A stretch of DNA of 64,000 nucleotides. It comes from an uncultured Clostridium sp. Lineage in GTDB: Bacteria; Bacillota; Clostridia; Christensenellales; CAG-138. A program made the position numbers and the translations under genes. The notes beneath the pieces are model-generated. The model saw nothing but the letters and a program-made list of their open reading frames with translations. It was not told the origin of the DNA and ran no database searches. Position 1 is the first letter of the stretch. Each line of letters opens with the position of its first letter. Below are positions 1 through 9,359 of this stretch, piece after piece. The stretch is taken from positions 11,046 through 75,045 of the forward strand of contig CAZRHS010000001.1 of assembly GCA_964600045.1 (NCBI GenBank). Direction: 5' to 3'.

Positions 1-290
1 GCAAGGTTTAGCCCGAGCATAAGGCAAATAGGCGCCGCAATGTCCAGCACTATCATGCCTATGGTATAAGGAAGCTCCTTTTTGGTAAGCCTTGCCTCCC
101 CGCGCAGGCTTTTGCTTGCGGCGCTCATTATAAGCATGCCTATGCCGGCGCCAAGATAAAGAAACGCCGCCATGAATACCGCGCCCACGCTTGAAAGCAA
201 AAGCTTTGATAAAGGTATATTTATGGCGTAAAGCGCCGCCGCGAGAAGCGCGGACAGAATCGCCCCCACATGCTTGCTTTTTGAATCCAT
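1..290 (-). CDS. EamA/DMT-family permease, N-terminal fragment (gene runs off the window start)
   Basis: Not in the ORF track because it is truncated. Manual minus-strand translation from ATG 290-288 gives MDSKSKHVGAILSALLAAALYAINIPLSKLLLSSVGA..., a run of hydrophobic TM segments. A GAGGTG RBS lies just upstream at about 296-301. Confidence 0.5.
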   Translation of the reverse strand, partial: MDSKSKHVGAILSALLAAALYAINIPLSKLLLSSVGAVFMAAFLYLGAGIGMLIMSAASKSLRGEARLTKKELPYTIGMIVLDIAAPICLMLGLNL

Positions 291-461
291 TTTTCACCTC
301 ATAAAAGAAAATACAGCATTAAAAGTATACTTTACTTAGCCCTAAAAATCCACAGCGGATTGCAATGCGGCCGCTTTTTTATTAAAATAGCCTAAGACTG
401 AATTAAAGGCAGGTGCGTTCGCCTGAAAAAACTTACAAAACGGCTTGGCAAAATACTTGAT

Positions 462-1109
462 GTGCTAAGCCCCACGGATGAAATTATAGACATAGGCTCG
501 GACCACGGGCTTCTTTGCGCATACGCCGTTACTTGCGGCAAGGCAAAGCACGCCATAGCCGCGGACATAAGCGCGGAGTCCCTTAACAAGGCGCGGCGGC
601 TTATAGGGGAGCTTTCGCTTGAAGACAAGGTCAGCTTCTTTGTGTCCGACGGGTTTTTGAGCATAGATATAGATTGCGATAAATACAGCGCCGTTATGGC
701 CGGCATGGGTGGGGAGCTTATTGCGGGCATACTCGAAAGCGGCGGCGATAAGCCAAGACGGGCCGCGCAGATAGCCATGCAGCCCATGGGCGGCGAAAAA
801 GAGCTGAGAGAATATCTTTATAAATCGGGCTACAATATAGTTGACGAAAGCGTGGTGGAGGAAGGCGGCAGGTTTTACCAGATTATACTTGCCTTCTTTG
901 ACGGCGTGTCCCGCCCTCTGCCCGAAGGGGGACTGCTTAACTACGGCGAAAAAGCCTACGAAAAGCGGGAAGCGGCGCTTAAGAAAAAGCTTGACCGCGC
1001 CTACAATACCCTTTCAAGAAAGGTTGATGCCGCAAAGCGCGGCGGGGCTGAACCCGAGGAGCTTATAAAAGAACTGCGCGAAGCCGAAAAACTCCGCGCA
1101 GAATGGTAA
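462..1109 (+). CDS. trmK: tRNA (adenine22-N1)-methyltransferase TrmK
   Basis: 215-aa ORF with IDIGSDHGLL and AGMGGELI motifs, colinear with B. subtilis TrmK (YqfN) as recalled. Homology continues in frame upstream of GTG 462 (..RLKKLTKRLGKILDV..) back to the stop at 399-401, so the true start is probably non-canonical (CTG 423 or ATT 402). Confidence 0.8.
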   Translation: MLSPTDEIIDIGSDHGLLCAYAVTCGKAKHAIAADISAESLNKARRLIGELSLEDKVSFFVSDGFLSIDIDCDKYSAVMAGMGGELIAGILESGGDKPRRAAQIAMQPMGGEKELREYLYKSGYNIVDESVVEEGGRFYQIILAFFDGVSRPLPEGGLLNYGEKAYEKREAALKKKLDRAYNTLSRKVDAAKRGGAEPEELIKELREAEKLRAEW

Positions 1110-1124
1110 ATATAGCTTGAATTT

Positions 1125-2297
1125 TTAATCCTCCAGCAGCTCCACGCCCATGGACGTAAGGTCGCTTTCGCTGTATGTTCTGCTGGTGTGGCTGAGTGCC
1201 CTTCCGCGGCGGGAGGATGACGATGCCGCGGCGGCGTGCTGCTCAATATCGCGCTTTGCGCTTTCCATGTCGCTTATGCCCTGCTCATGCCAGCGACTTA
1301 GAGTACGCTTTATGGCGCCCCAGGGTTTATCGCTTTGGCGGCAGCTTTCGGCGCAAAGCAGCAGCAGCTCCGGTGCCATGCAGTAGCGCGTGCGCCATGT
1401 TTCGGCGTCCGATTGCTGCGCGGCGGTGGGGCTTTTATTTATGCCCGCGCGGGCAAGCATGGCCCTCGCAAGCTCCCTGTCCGCATCGCGCTCGTGCTTA
1501 AGGGCGGTTATGGCCTCGGGCGTTATGGCGCCGCTTGTGCGGAATGTTGCAAGCACGGAATCAAGATACTTAAAGCTTGGCTGAGAGGCGCTCGTAAGTT
1601 CCGTTAACGCAAGCGATATAACCTCGTCGCTCATGCCCCAGGTTTCCGTCCATTTGATATAAAGTTCAAGCTCGTCCTCGGTTGCCGCGCGCCTGAGCTT
1701 CCAGCGTGAAAGTATCTTCTGCGCGCCGGATATGCGCTCATCGCGCTTGGCTATGTATTCAAGCGCGCTTTCCTTTGAACTAACCCCCGCGTCGGCCCAC
1801 TTTTTAGCCTCCGCATTCATTTGCCATATCTTAACCCTGTTCCCGCGCCTTCTTGCGCAGTCGCTTACAAGAAGCGCCGCAGTTTCCTCGCTGAAGCCGA
1901 AAACCTCAACCCAGTCGCATATCGCGCTAAGCTCGCTGCCGGTAAATATTCTGCCGGGTATGGCGGAGCTGAGGCTTTCTATAAGCGCGGCGTAGCGCCT
2001 TGTGTGCGCGGCGGGGGATACGGGTTCCACGCGAAGAAGCTCAACCGTAAGCGGGTCCGTGTCCGCTATTCTGACCAATCCCATGCGCTGCCAGTAAGCG
2101 AATGCGTCGCTTAGCTGCTCTTCACTAAGCCCCAGCGCATCCGAAATGTCCGGCGCGTCGGCGCGGGCGGATGCCATAAGCGCGTAAAGGTAGGCCTTAA
2201 CCGCGTTTTCCGGGGCATTGGGCATATAGTTCAGTATAAATGAATTGTCAACGGCGGTAATGCCCGTTTGCGCTCCGCCGGATATAAATCGTGCCAA
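1125..2297 (-). CDS. DnaD/DnaB_2 domain replication initiation/restart helper protein
   Basis: 390-aa ORF with repeated helical DnaD-type modules (..YIKWTETWGMSDEVISLALTE.., ..FKYLDSVLATFRTSGAIT..). This architecture is typical of Firmicute DnaD/DnaB helicase-loader accessory proteins. Confidence 0.65.
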   Translation of the reverse strand: MARFISGGAQTGITAVDNSFILNYMPNAPENAVKAYLYALMASARADAPDISDALGLSEEQLSDAFAYWQRMGLVRIADTDPLTVELLRVEPVSPAAHTRRYAALIESLSSAIPGRIFTGSELSAICDWVEVFGFSEETAALLVSDCARRRGNRVKIWQMNAEAKKWADAGVSSKESALEYIAKRDERISGAQKILSRWKLRRAATEDELELYIKWTETWGMSDEVISLALTELTSASQPSFKYLDSVLATFRTSGAITPEAITALKHERDADRELARAMLARAGINKSPTAAQQSDAETWRTRYCMAPELLLLCAESCRQSDKPWGAIKRTLSRWHEQGISDMESAKRDIEQHAAAASSSSRRGRALSHTSRTYSESDLTSMGVELLED

Positions 2298-2324
2298 TCA
2301 AGGCTCCTTTCCCGTAAAAGAGAA

Positions 2325-3821
2325 TTAAAGCTTATAAAGCTCGCTGAACTTATTTGTAAGGTAGTTTGTGTAGTGCGCGGGATCAAACTCGCCGCAAAGC
2401 ACGCTCTTTGAAAGCTCCGCGGGTGTCTTAAGCCTGCCGAAGCGATAAAGCCTTTCGGTAAGCCATTCAACTATGGGCTTCACTCCGCCGGCACTTACAA
2501 CCTTAGCTATGTCTATATCCTTAGCAATATTGTCGTAAATCTGGGCTGAATAGGCACTGCCTACGCAGTATGAAGGGAAGTAGCCTATGCTGCCGCCGGA
2601 CCAGTGGCTGTCCTGCAGCACGCCGTGCGTATCGTCCGGCACGTCTATGCCAAGGTATTCCTTATAAAGCCTGTTCCACTCATGGGGCAGATCGTCGGTG
2701 CTGAGCGTGCCCGCGATAAGCTTTTTCTCTATTTCGTAGCGCACCATTATGTGCAGCGGGTAAGTAAGCTCGTCAGCCTCGGTGCGGATAAGAGAGGGCA
2801 TGGATTTGTTCGCCGCGCGGTATAAAAGCTCTTCACTTATGCCGCTCATCTCGGCGGGGAAAATCTCCTTCATCTTGGGATAAAGCAGGGATATGAATTC
2901 ACGGCTGCGGCAGATCATGTTTTCAAAAAGCCTGCTCTGGCTTTCGTGCAGCGTCATGGTTGAGCCGCCGGTGAGGGGAGAGCCTATAAGCTCATCGCCT
3001 ACATTAAGCTCATAAAGGCAGTGCCCGCCCTCGTGAGCCACGCTGAACATGTTTGAAAGAACGTCGTTTTCGTAATAATGCGTTGTAAGGCGCACGTCGT
3101 GCTTATTAAAGTTTGTGGTAAAGGGATGCTCAACCTCGCCCAGAACGCAGCTGTTTCGGTCTATGCCGAGGAAATCCATAACAAAGGACGAAAGCTTGCG
3201 CTGACCCTCTATCGCGAACGGCTTTTTGAAGGGAGAATCGTCAACCTGATTGCCCGATTCGCAAACGGCGTGTATAACGGGCACAAGCTTTGCCCTTACG
3301 TCCGCAAAGAACGGATCAAGCATTTTTACGCTCAGCCCTTCGGAAAATTCCTCAAGCAGCGCGTCGTATGTGTCCATGCCGGGGTGCATGTGGCCCATCA
3401 TGGATTTGGAAATGGCTATTATCCTGTCAAGATAGGGCTGGAAAAGCTTATAGTTGTTGGTCTGTTTTGCCTCGCGCCAAACAACGCTCGCCTCGCTTAT
3501 AAGCCTGCTGTGCTCGGAATATTCCTCTATGGGCACATTTTCAAGCTTTTTAAGCTGCTTTACCTCCTCCTCAACCTCGCGGCGGGTAATTTCGTCAAGC
3601 TCGTCACTATTTTCGCTAAGCTTGTCAAGAAGGGTGCGAACCTCGTCATTTACCTGAAGATTATAGCTTTCCTCGCTAAGCGTGGCTATGGTTTCCGCAA
3701 GGTGCGGCGCGCCGTTTTTGGGCATTGCCGTTTCGCTGTCGTATTCCAGCACGCCTATCGCGTGGTTAAGCGCCCCGCGCTTTTTCAAAATCTGTTTGTA
3801 CTGTTTTACCGCGTTCTGCAT
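2325..3821 (-). CDS. M32 family carboxypeptidase (Taq-type metallocarboxypeptidase)
   Basis: 498 aa. HEGGHCLYE (HExxH) zinc motif plus the downstream HESQSR motif, and a length typical of peptidase M32. Confidence 0.9.
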   Translation of the reverse strand: MQNAVKQYKQILKKRGALNHAIGVLEYDSETAMPKNGAPHLAETIATLSEESYNLQVNDEVRTLLDKLSENSDELDEITRREVEEEVKQLKKLENVPIEEYSEHSRLISEASVVWREAKQTNNYKLFQPYLDRIIAISKSMMGHMHPGMDTYDALLEEFSEGLSVKMLDPFFADVRAKLVPVIHAVCESGNQVDDSPFKKPFAIEGQRKLSSFVMDFLGIDRNSCVLGEVEHPFTTNFNKHDVRLTTHYYENDVLSNMFSVAHEGGHCLYELNVGDELIGSPLTGGSTMTLHESQSRLFENMICRSREFISLLYPKMKEIFPAEMSGISEELLYRAANKSMPSLIRTEADELTYPLHIMVRYEIEKKLIAGTLSTDDLPHEWNRLYKEYLGIDVPDDTHGVLQDSHWSGGSIGYFPSYCVGSAYSAQIYDNIAKDIDIAKVVSAGGVKPIVEWLTERLYRFGRLKTPAELSKSVLCGEFDPAHYTNYLTNKFSELYKL

Positions 3822-3842
3822 GGTCCGTTTATCTCCTTTATG

Positions 3843-4322
3843 TTATTTCATGAATATAAATCGGGAATATACGCTGTGCTCCGGCTCTCCGCCCTCAATG
3901 TAGCGCGCGCCGGCGCATTTTTCATAGAATTTCGCCGCGTCGCCAACCCAGCCTATTATGGCGTAGCCGTAGCCCGCCTCTCGCATTGCCAAAAGCGTGC
4001 GCATAAGAAGAGCCCTGCCGGTGCCGCGGCCCCGTTCCGATTCGCTAAGTCCCGTAGGCCCAAAAAACCCCTTTGCGCTCGCGTCGTAGCAGGCAAAGCC
4101 TATCATCTCGCCGTCTCGCGTTGCTATAAAGCAGGCGGGCGGGTTCTGCGTAAGCGCGTATTCCGTTTCGTTCACCCAGTTTTGGCTGAAGTGCTTCCCC
4201 ACAAATTCAAGTATTCTCGATTTGTCCGCCGGGAACGCCCGCTTAAGCTTTACTCCCTCATCGGGGGTTGCCGAATAATCAAGCGTTGTAAGGTTTACTA
4301 TCATGTCTCCGGAGTATGCCAT
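3843..4322 (-). CDS. GNAT family N-acetyltransferase
   Basis: 159 aa. The acetyl-CoA loop RGRGTGRALL (R-x-x-G-x-G) sits in a GNAT-sized protein. Confidence 0.75.
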   Translation of the reverse strand: MAYSGDMIVNLTTLDYSATPDEGVKLKRAFPADKSRILEFVGKHFSQNWVNETEYALTQNPPACFIATRDGEMIGFACYDASAKGFFGPTGLSESERGRGTGRALLMRTLLAMREAGYGYAIIGWVGDAAKFYEKCAGARYIEGGEPEHSVYSRFIFMK

Positions 4323-4326
4323 AAGC

Positions 4327-5190
4327 TTATTCCTCCCCGTTTCGTATGCGGCTTACAAGCGCGTATGCCTCGTTTTTAGCTATGCCGCACAGCGCGCTTA
4401 TCTGCTTAGATGCGTCCTTAACGCTTACTCCCTTGGCAATAAGCTCACGGGCAAGCTTTTCCGCCTTTTCCTCATCGGCCGCGTCATCGTCCTCCGCTCC
4501 CGCCACAAGCAGCACGCATTCGCCCTTTGGCGGGGTTTCTGAATACATTTCGCTTAATTCATCAAGCGTTGAGCGCACGGCCTGCTCAAATTTTTTTGTA
4601 AGCTCGCGCACAAGCACGCATTGCCTGTTGCCTAAAAGCAGGCTTAGCTCCTTAGCCGTTGCGGATACCCTTAGAGGACTTTCGTAAAATATAACCGTTC
4701 CCTTGTGGGAAGCCAATTTTGCTATTTCCTCGCGCCTCTGCTTGCCCTCCCGCGGCAAAAACCCGGCAAAGCAGGCGTTCTTTGTGGGCAGTCCGCTCAT
4801 AACAAGGGCGGTTAGGGGCGCGCTCGCCCCGGGCAAAACGGTGTATTTCGCGCCAAGCTCTATGCAGCCCTGCACAAGGGCCTCGCCCGGGTCGCTTATG
4901 CCCGGCATGCCGGCATCGCTTACGAACGCTATCGCCTCGCCACCGAGTACCCTTGCCGCTATTTCTTCAGCGCGCTGCTTTTCATTGTGCTCATGGCAGG
5001 ATATAAGGGGCTTTTTTATGCCCAGGTGATTCATAAGCTCCCGCGTGTGCCTTGTGTCCTCGCAATAAACCGCGCTTACGCCCTTAAGCGTTTCTATAAC
5101 CCGCAGCGTAATGTCCGAAAGGTTGCCTATGGGCGTTGCGCAAAGATAGAGCATGGGTTCAAGCGCGATTGTGTTTTCCGTTTCGCTCAT
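4327..5190 (-). CDS. rsmI: 16S rRNA (cytidine1402-2'-O)-methyltransferase RsmI
   Basis: 287 aa. N-terminus LYLCATPIGNLSDITLR and the CEDTRHT motif, with a tetrapyrrole-methylase-like layout. Its start overlaps the stop of the upstream methyltransferase gene by 4 nt. Confidence 0.9.
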   Translation of the reverse strand: MSETENTIALEPMLYLCATPIGNLSDITLRVIETLKGVSAVYCEDTRHTRELMNHLGIKKPLISCHEHNEKQRAEEIAARVLGGEAIAFVSDAGMPGISDPGEALVQGCIELGAKYTVLPGASAPLTALVMSGLPTKNACFAGFLPREGKQRREEIAKLASHKGTVIFYESPLRVSATAKELSLLLGNRQCVLVRELTKKFEQAVRSTLDELSEMYSETPPKGECVLLVAGAEDDDAADEEKAEKLARELIAKGVSVKDASKQISALCGIAKNEAYALVSRIRNGEE

Positions 5191-5849
5191 TGCTTTTCCT
5201 CCAATACAAGGCTTTGTATATCCGTTCCCGCTCCGCCGCCTTTTCTCCCTTCCGCAAGCACAAGGTACGGCGGCTTTTCGTCGGTGGATTTAACGAACGT
5301 AAGCCGCTTTAGGGCAAATCCCGCCTGAGAAAGGGCGCAGCAGAGCTGCTGAATGTATTTAGCGGGGTAGCATATAAAAAGCTTGCCCCCGTTTTTAACA
5401 ACCCTGCCCGCGCAGGCCGCCGCCTCGAATACATTAAGCGTTTCGTCAAACGCGCTTGTAAGGCGGCTTTGGTTGGGGCTTTTCGTGCCCGATGAAAAAT
5501 ACGGCGGGTTGCACACCGCCCCGTCAAAGCGGCCGAATGTAGCTTCGCTTATTTCCCGCGCGTCAGCGGATTCAACCTTAATCGAATCTTCAAGCGAGTT
5601 CAGCTGAACGCTCTTTTTCGCCATGCGCACGCATTCGGGGTCTATATCCGCGGCGACAAAGCTTGCCCCCGTTTTAGCATGGGTAAGTATGCTAAGTATT
5701 CCCGTGCCGGTGCCTATGTCTAAATACCTTTCGCCGGGCTTTGCGCGAACAAAGTCCGTAAGCAGCACCGCGTCGTGCCCGTAAGCAAAGCGGGAATCGC
5801 TTCGAACTATAACCAGTCCGTCCCGCTGAAGGTCGTCTATAATATCCAT
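5187..5849 (-). CDS. SAM-dependent methyltransferase, tRNA1(Val) m6A37 (TrmN6/YfiC)-like
   Basis: 220 aa. SAM motif I DIGTGTGILS and N6-adenine methyltransferase motif IV NPPY (VCNPPYF). Confidence 0.7.
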   Translation of the reverse strand: MDIIDDLQRDGLVIVRSDSRFAYGHDAVLLTDFVRAKPGERYLDIGTGTGILSILTHAKTGASFVAADIDPECVRMAKKSVQLNSLEDSIKVESADAREISEATFGRFDGAVCNPPYFSSGTKSPNQSRLTSAFDETLNVFEAAACAGRVVKNGGKLFICYPAKYIQQLCCALSQAGFALKRLTFVKSTDEKPPYLVLAEGRKGGGAGTDIQSLVLEEKQ

Positions 5850-5854
5850 GCTTT

Positions 5855-7654
5855 TCAGCTAAGCTTGCGCTTTATGGCGCTGTACTCGGCCATAAACGCG
5901 GTTGACACCATGTCCGAAGGCATGCTCCAAACGGCGGGCGCAACCGATAAGCACACTATGGGTGCCTCGGGCGCGCAGTTTCGCTTGAACTGCTGCGAGA
6001 AGAAGCGCCTTATAAATATGCCGAGCGTGCGGTAAACCTCATCCTCCGGGAAATCAAGGTTATTAAGGGCAATTTCGTAAAGCTCCTTCGGGCCTTTTCC
6101 TTTAAGAAAATAATATATAAACAGGTCATGAAGCTCGTAGCTGCCCACAAGCTCCTCGGTTTTCTGGCTTATCTCGCCATCGTTTGCCGGAAGAAGCTCC
6201 GGACTTACGGGCGTGGCAAGTATATCCTTAAGTACGCTGTCCGCCGCCTCGCCAAAGTCCTTGCCCACGGTTGCCACAACGCGGCGTATTATTGTTTTCG
6301 GTACGGAGGCGTTAACGCCGTATTGCGCCAGATGGTCGCCGCCAAACGTTGTCCAGCCCAAGGCCGCTTCGCTCAAGTCGCCCGTGCCTACGTCAAGAAG
6401 ACCGTCTTCATTCGCAATGTCAAGCAGAATCTGGGTGCGCTCGCGTGCCTGCGCGTTTTCATAAACAGAATTGCGAACGTTCTCGTCGTGACCTATATCG
6501 GCAAAATGCCCGCGGCAGGCGTTGGCAACGGAAATTTCCCTGTATTTGCAGCCGAGCGCCTCAACAAGTGAGCGGCTGTTGTTCTTGGTGCGGCCGGTTG
6601 TGCCGAAGCCCGGCATGGATATGCCCGTAATCATGTTTCGGCTTATGCCCATTTCATCCGCGGCGGCCGCCGCAACAAGAAGCGCAAGCGCGCTGTCAAG
6701 CCCTCCGCTTACGCCTATCACAAAGCCCTTGGCGCCTATATGCTCCGCGCGGCGAACAAGGCCCGCGCTTTGCAGCGCGAAAAGCCTTCTAAGCTGCTCT
6801 TCGGCCTTTTCGGGATTCTTTGAAACATAGCCGTCCTCCTCGCCCTCGGTAAACGGCTCAAAGGAGCTTAGCTTATCTATGCACACATCCGCGCATACAA
6901 ACGCATCTGAATCAAGCGGCTTCGATTCCGCAAGTATCTCGCCGTTCGCGGCTATGGCACAATATGAATCGAACACAAACGATGTTGTGCTTTCACCCCT
7001 TCCGGGGAGAGCGAGCGCAACCGCCATGCCCGTGCGGGCGCTGTATGCCGCAAGGCGGTTCTTTACTATTCCGTAGCTTTTTGCCGTTGCGTTAAGCGAG
7101 CCTGAAAGCAGCATTATGTGGCCTTCTCTCGGTTCGGGCTTTTCCAAGAATATAGCACCCGCGAAGCCCGCGCTTAGGCGGGGGATGGGGGTAAGGGTGG
7201 AGCGGGATGATGATCCGCCCGGTACGTGCGGAATAAAGCCAAAGGGGTTCGCCGCCCCACGGGAGGCGGGAATAACGGCGCAAACCCTGCCGCAGCGGAT
7301 AAGGGCGATGCAGCTCCTTACCCTGCCGTCTATTCTATAGGGAAGGCCTATTGATACAAGAAGCTGATTATGCTTAGTGGCCTCCGCAACAAGGCTCAGC
7401 GCCTCGCGGCATTGGCTTAATATAAGCGGATGCTCCGTTAAAGAACCAAGCGTTGCCCCGCAAAGGAAAAGCTCCGGCAGCACAAGATAATCCGCCTCCG
7501 CTTTTTCGGCGCGCTTTATGGCGCTTACGGCGGCGGAAGCGTTGGCTATCGGGTCGCCAAGCTTTATTTCGGGAGAGGCGGCCGCAAGGCGCACAGGCGC
7601 ATCGGCCTGAAAAGCAAGCATACATTCGCTCATAACAATACCTCCGTATTTCAA
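5855..7654 (-). CDS. nadE: Two-domain NAD+ synthetase (CN-hydrolase-like N-domain + PP-loop synthetase domain)
   Basis: 599 aa. The C-terminal half carries the PP-loop GVSGGLDSALAL. The N-terminal half resembles the nitrilase-type glutaminase domain (LPELF..), but its Lys and Cys positions look substituted (see findings). Confidence 0.85.
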   Translation of the reverse strand: MKYGGIVMSECMLAFQADAPVRLAAASPEIKLGDPIANASAAVSAIKRAEKAEADYLVLPELFLCGATLGSLTEHPLILSQCREALSLVAEATKHNQLLVSIGLPYRIDGRVRSCIALIRCGRVCAVIPASRGAANPFGFIPHVPGGSSSRSTLTPIPRLSAGFAGAIFLEKPEPREGHIMLLSGSLNATAKSYGIVKNRLAAYSARTGMAVALALPGRGESTTSFVFDSYCAIAANGEILAESKPLDSDAFVCADVCIDKLSSFEPFTEGEEDGYVSKNPEKAEEQLRRLFALQSAGLVRRAEHIGAKGFVIGVSGGLDSALALLVAAAAADEMGISRNMITGISMPGFGTTGRTKNNSRSLVEALGCKYREISVANACRGHFADIGHDENVRNSVYENAQARERTQILLDIANEDGLLDVGTGDLSEAALGWTTFGGDHLAQYGVNASVPKTIIRRVVATVGKDFGEAADSVLKDILATPVSPELLPANDGEISQKTEELVGSYELHDLFIYYFLKGKGPKELYEIALNNLDFPEDEVYRTLGIFIRRFFSQQFKRNCAPEAPIVCLSVAPAVWSMPSDMVSTAFMAEYSAIKRKLS

Positions 7655-7756
7655 TACATACTCAATTTATTATACACCACCGATAACGGTAGGGAAAAGC
7701 ATAATATAAAAAACGCGCCCGCATTTGATACGGACGCGCCTGAATAAGACTAAAAC

Positions 7757-8224
7757 TCAAAATCTATAGCGCATATCGGTTTCATCGCTTTGGCGAACCG
7801 TAAAGCCCAGGCTTTCGTAAAGCGGCCTAGCCTTGGGCGTGGCCGAAAGCTCTATATAGGATGCGCCGTTTTCCCTTGCCTTAAGTATCAAAAGGCTTAC
7901 GGTAAGCGCCGCGTAGCCGCGCCTGCGGTATTCGGGATATGTCCATATTCCGGCCATGCTTGCCGTTATGCCGTTTATCCGGGCAGGGCTTGGCGGAACT
8001 TCCTGAATGGTAAGCAGCCCCATTGACACGGCCTTGCCGTCCTCTTCAACTATCGCGGCGAAGCAATCCTTATTAAGGTGCCGTTCAAAGTAGCCCTTTG
8101 TGCTTTCCTTTCGCGCCTCGTATGATTCGGGGTACGATCCGTGCAGCTCAAGCGAATAATCCATGCGCATACGCACAAGCGTGTCTATATCCTTGCTGTT
8201 TGCAAGCCTGACTGAGTATGCCAT
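7757..8224 (-). CDS. GNAT family N-acetyltransferase
   Basis: 155 aa. RRRGYAALTV acetyl-CoA loop. Its ATG immediately follows the stop of the upstream UPF0316 gene. Confidence 0.75.
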   Translation of the reverse strand: MAYSVRLANSKDIDTLVRMRMDYSLELHGSYPESYEARKESTKGYFERHLNKDCFAAIVEEDGKAVSMGLLTIQEVPPSPARINGITASMAGIWTYPEYRRRGYAALTVSLLILKARENGASYIELSATPKARPLYESLGFTVRQSDETDMRYRF

Positions 8225-8815
8225 TTATTTGTCCTTCCTTATCCTTCTGCCGGTGCTCTGGCGCATATAGCCGCCGCGCTGGCTTTTAACGTCGCTTACG
8301 GTTATCACGGCGTTTGGCGCAACGGAGTTTATAATGTCCATGGCCTCGGGGGCAAGCTTGCGCCTAAGGGTGGAAAGGAGCACGTATCTGTCCGTATCGT
8401 CGCGGCCCTGCGCCTTCATTTCGCTTAAGCCAAAGCCGTGCGAACGCAGAGCTGAGCCTATTTTGTCCGCAGTTTCCGCATCCATTACAACGCACTGTAT
8501 GGAGCAAAGCCCGAACGCGAGCCGCTCCTCAAGCCAGCTGCCCGCGTAATTTCCCAGGGAATAAGCAAGCGCGTAGGCAACCATTTTCCAAGGGTCGCTT
8601 TGATAATTGCTGAGCACGTTGCCCGCTATTATAAGCCAAAGCGTTATCTCAACAAGCGCAAGCAGCGCGCCTATCAGCCGCTCGCCGCGGTTTATAAGCA
8701 CAATTCTGAGGGTGCTCAGCGAAACCTCAAGTATTTTTCCAAGGAATATGCAAATATAAACAATCAGCGTGGTTCCGGCAAAAAAGTTGCCGAGCACCTC
8801 AAACAATTCTGTCAT
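8225..8815 (-). CDS. UPF0316 family membrane protein (DUF2179 C-terminal domain)
   Basis: 196 aa. Three N-terminal TM helices (..EVSLSTLRIVLINRGERLIGALLALVEITLWL..) and a soluble C-domain match the recalled UPF0316 pattern. Confidence 0.7.
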   Translation of the reverse strand: MTELFEVLGNFFAGTTLIVYICIFLGKILEVSLSTLRIVLINRGERLIGALLALVEITLWLIIAGNVLSNYQSDPWKMVAYALAYSLGNYAGSWLEERLAFGLCSIQCVVMDAETADKIGSALRSHGFGLSEMKAQGRDDTDRYVLLSTLRRKLAPEAMDIINSVAPNAVITVSDVKSQRGGYMRQSTGRRIRKDK

Positions 8816-8903
8816 ACCGTACCTCCTTAATTCGTTTTTGCCCGATTAAATCGGGCTGTATCAAAAAAGAGCCGAAAGGCCCTTTTTGAATAAGAGTTAA
8901 TTC

Positions 8904-9332
8904 TTATTTCTCCAGCTGGCTGGTGCAGTGCGGGCAGCGGGTGGCGTCTATTGCTATCTCGCTCTTGCAGTAAGGGCACTGCTTGGTGGTGGGGGCGGCG
9001 GGAGCGGCGGGCTCCTCGTGCTTGTGGTGGCCAATGCCCTTAAGAGCGTTGAGCGCCTTTACCACAAAGAACAGAACAAGCGCCACTATAAGGAAATTGA
9101 TTATGGCCATTATGAATGCGCCGTACTGAACGTCCACACCGCTTATGGTCACTACAAGGTCCGAAAAATCAACCTTAACGAGCAGGCCGATCAGCGGGGA
9201 GATAATGTTGTTCACCAGTGAGTTCACAATGCTTGTGAACGCGGCGCCAACCATCATGCCTACGGCCAGGTCCATCGCGTTGCCCTTTATGGCAAACGCC
9301 TTGAATTCCTCAAAAAACTTCTTCATTCTCAA
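8904..9332 (-). CDS. mscL: Large-conductance mechanosensitive channel MscL with a C-terminal CxxC..CxxC zinc-ribbon tail
   Basis: 142 aa. MscL signature FKAFAIKGNAMDLAVGMMVGAAF and two TM helices. The C-terminus reads CPYCKSEIAIDATRCPHCTSQL. Confidence 0.9.
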   Translation of the reverse strand: MRMKKFFEEFKAFAIKGNAMDLAVGMMVGAAFTSIVNSLVNNIISPLIGLLVKVDFSDLVVTISGVDVQYGAFIMAIINFLIVALVLFFVVKALNALKGIGHHKHEEPAAPAAPTTKQCPYCKSEIAIDATRCPHCTSQLEK

Positions 9333-9359
9333 TACCGTCCCTTTTATATTTATTGTTTA

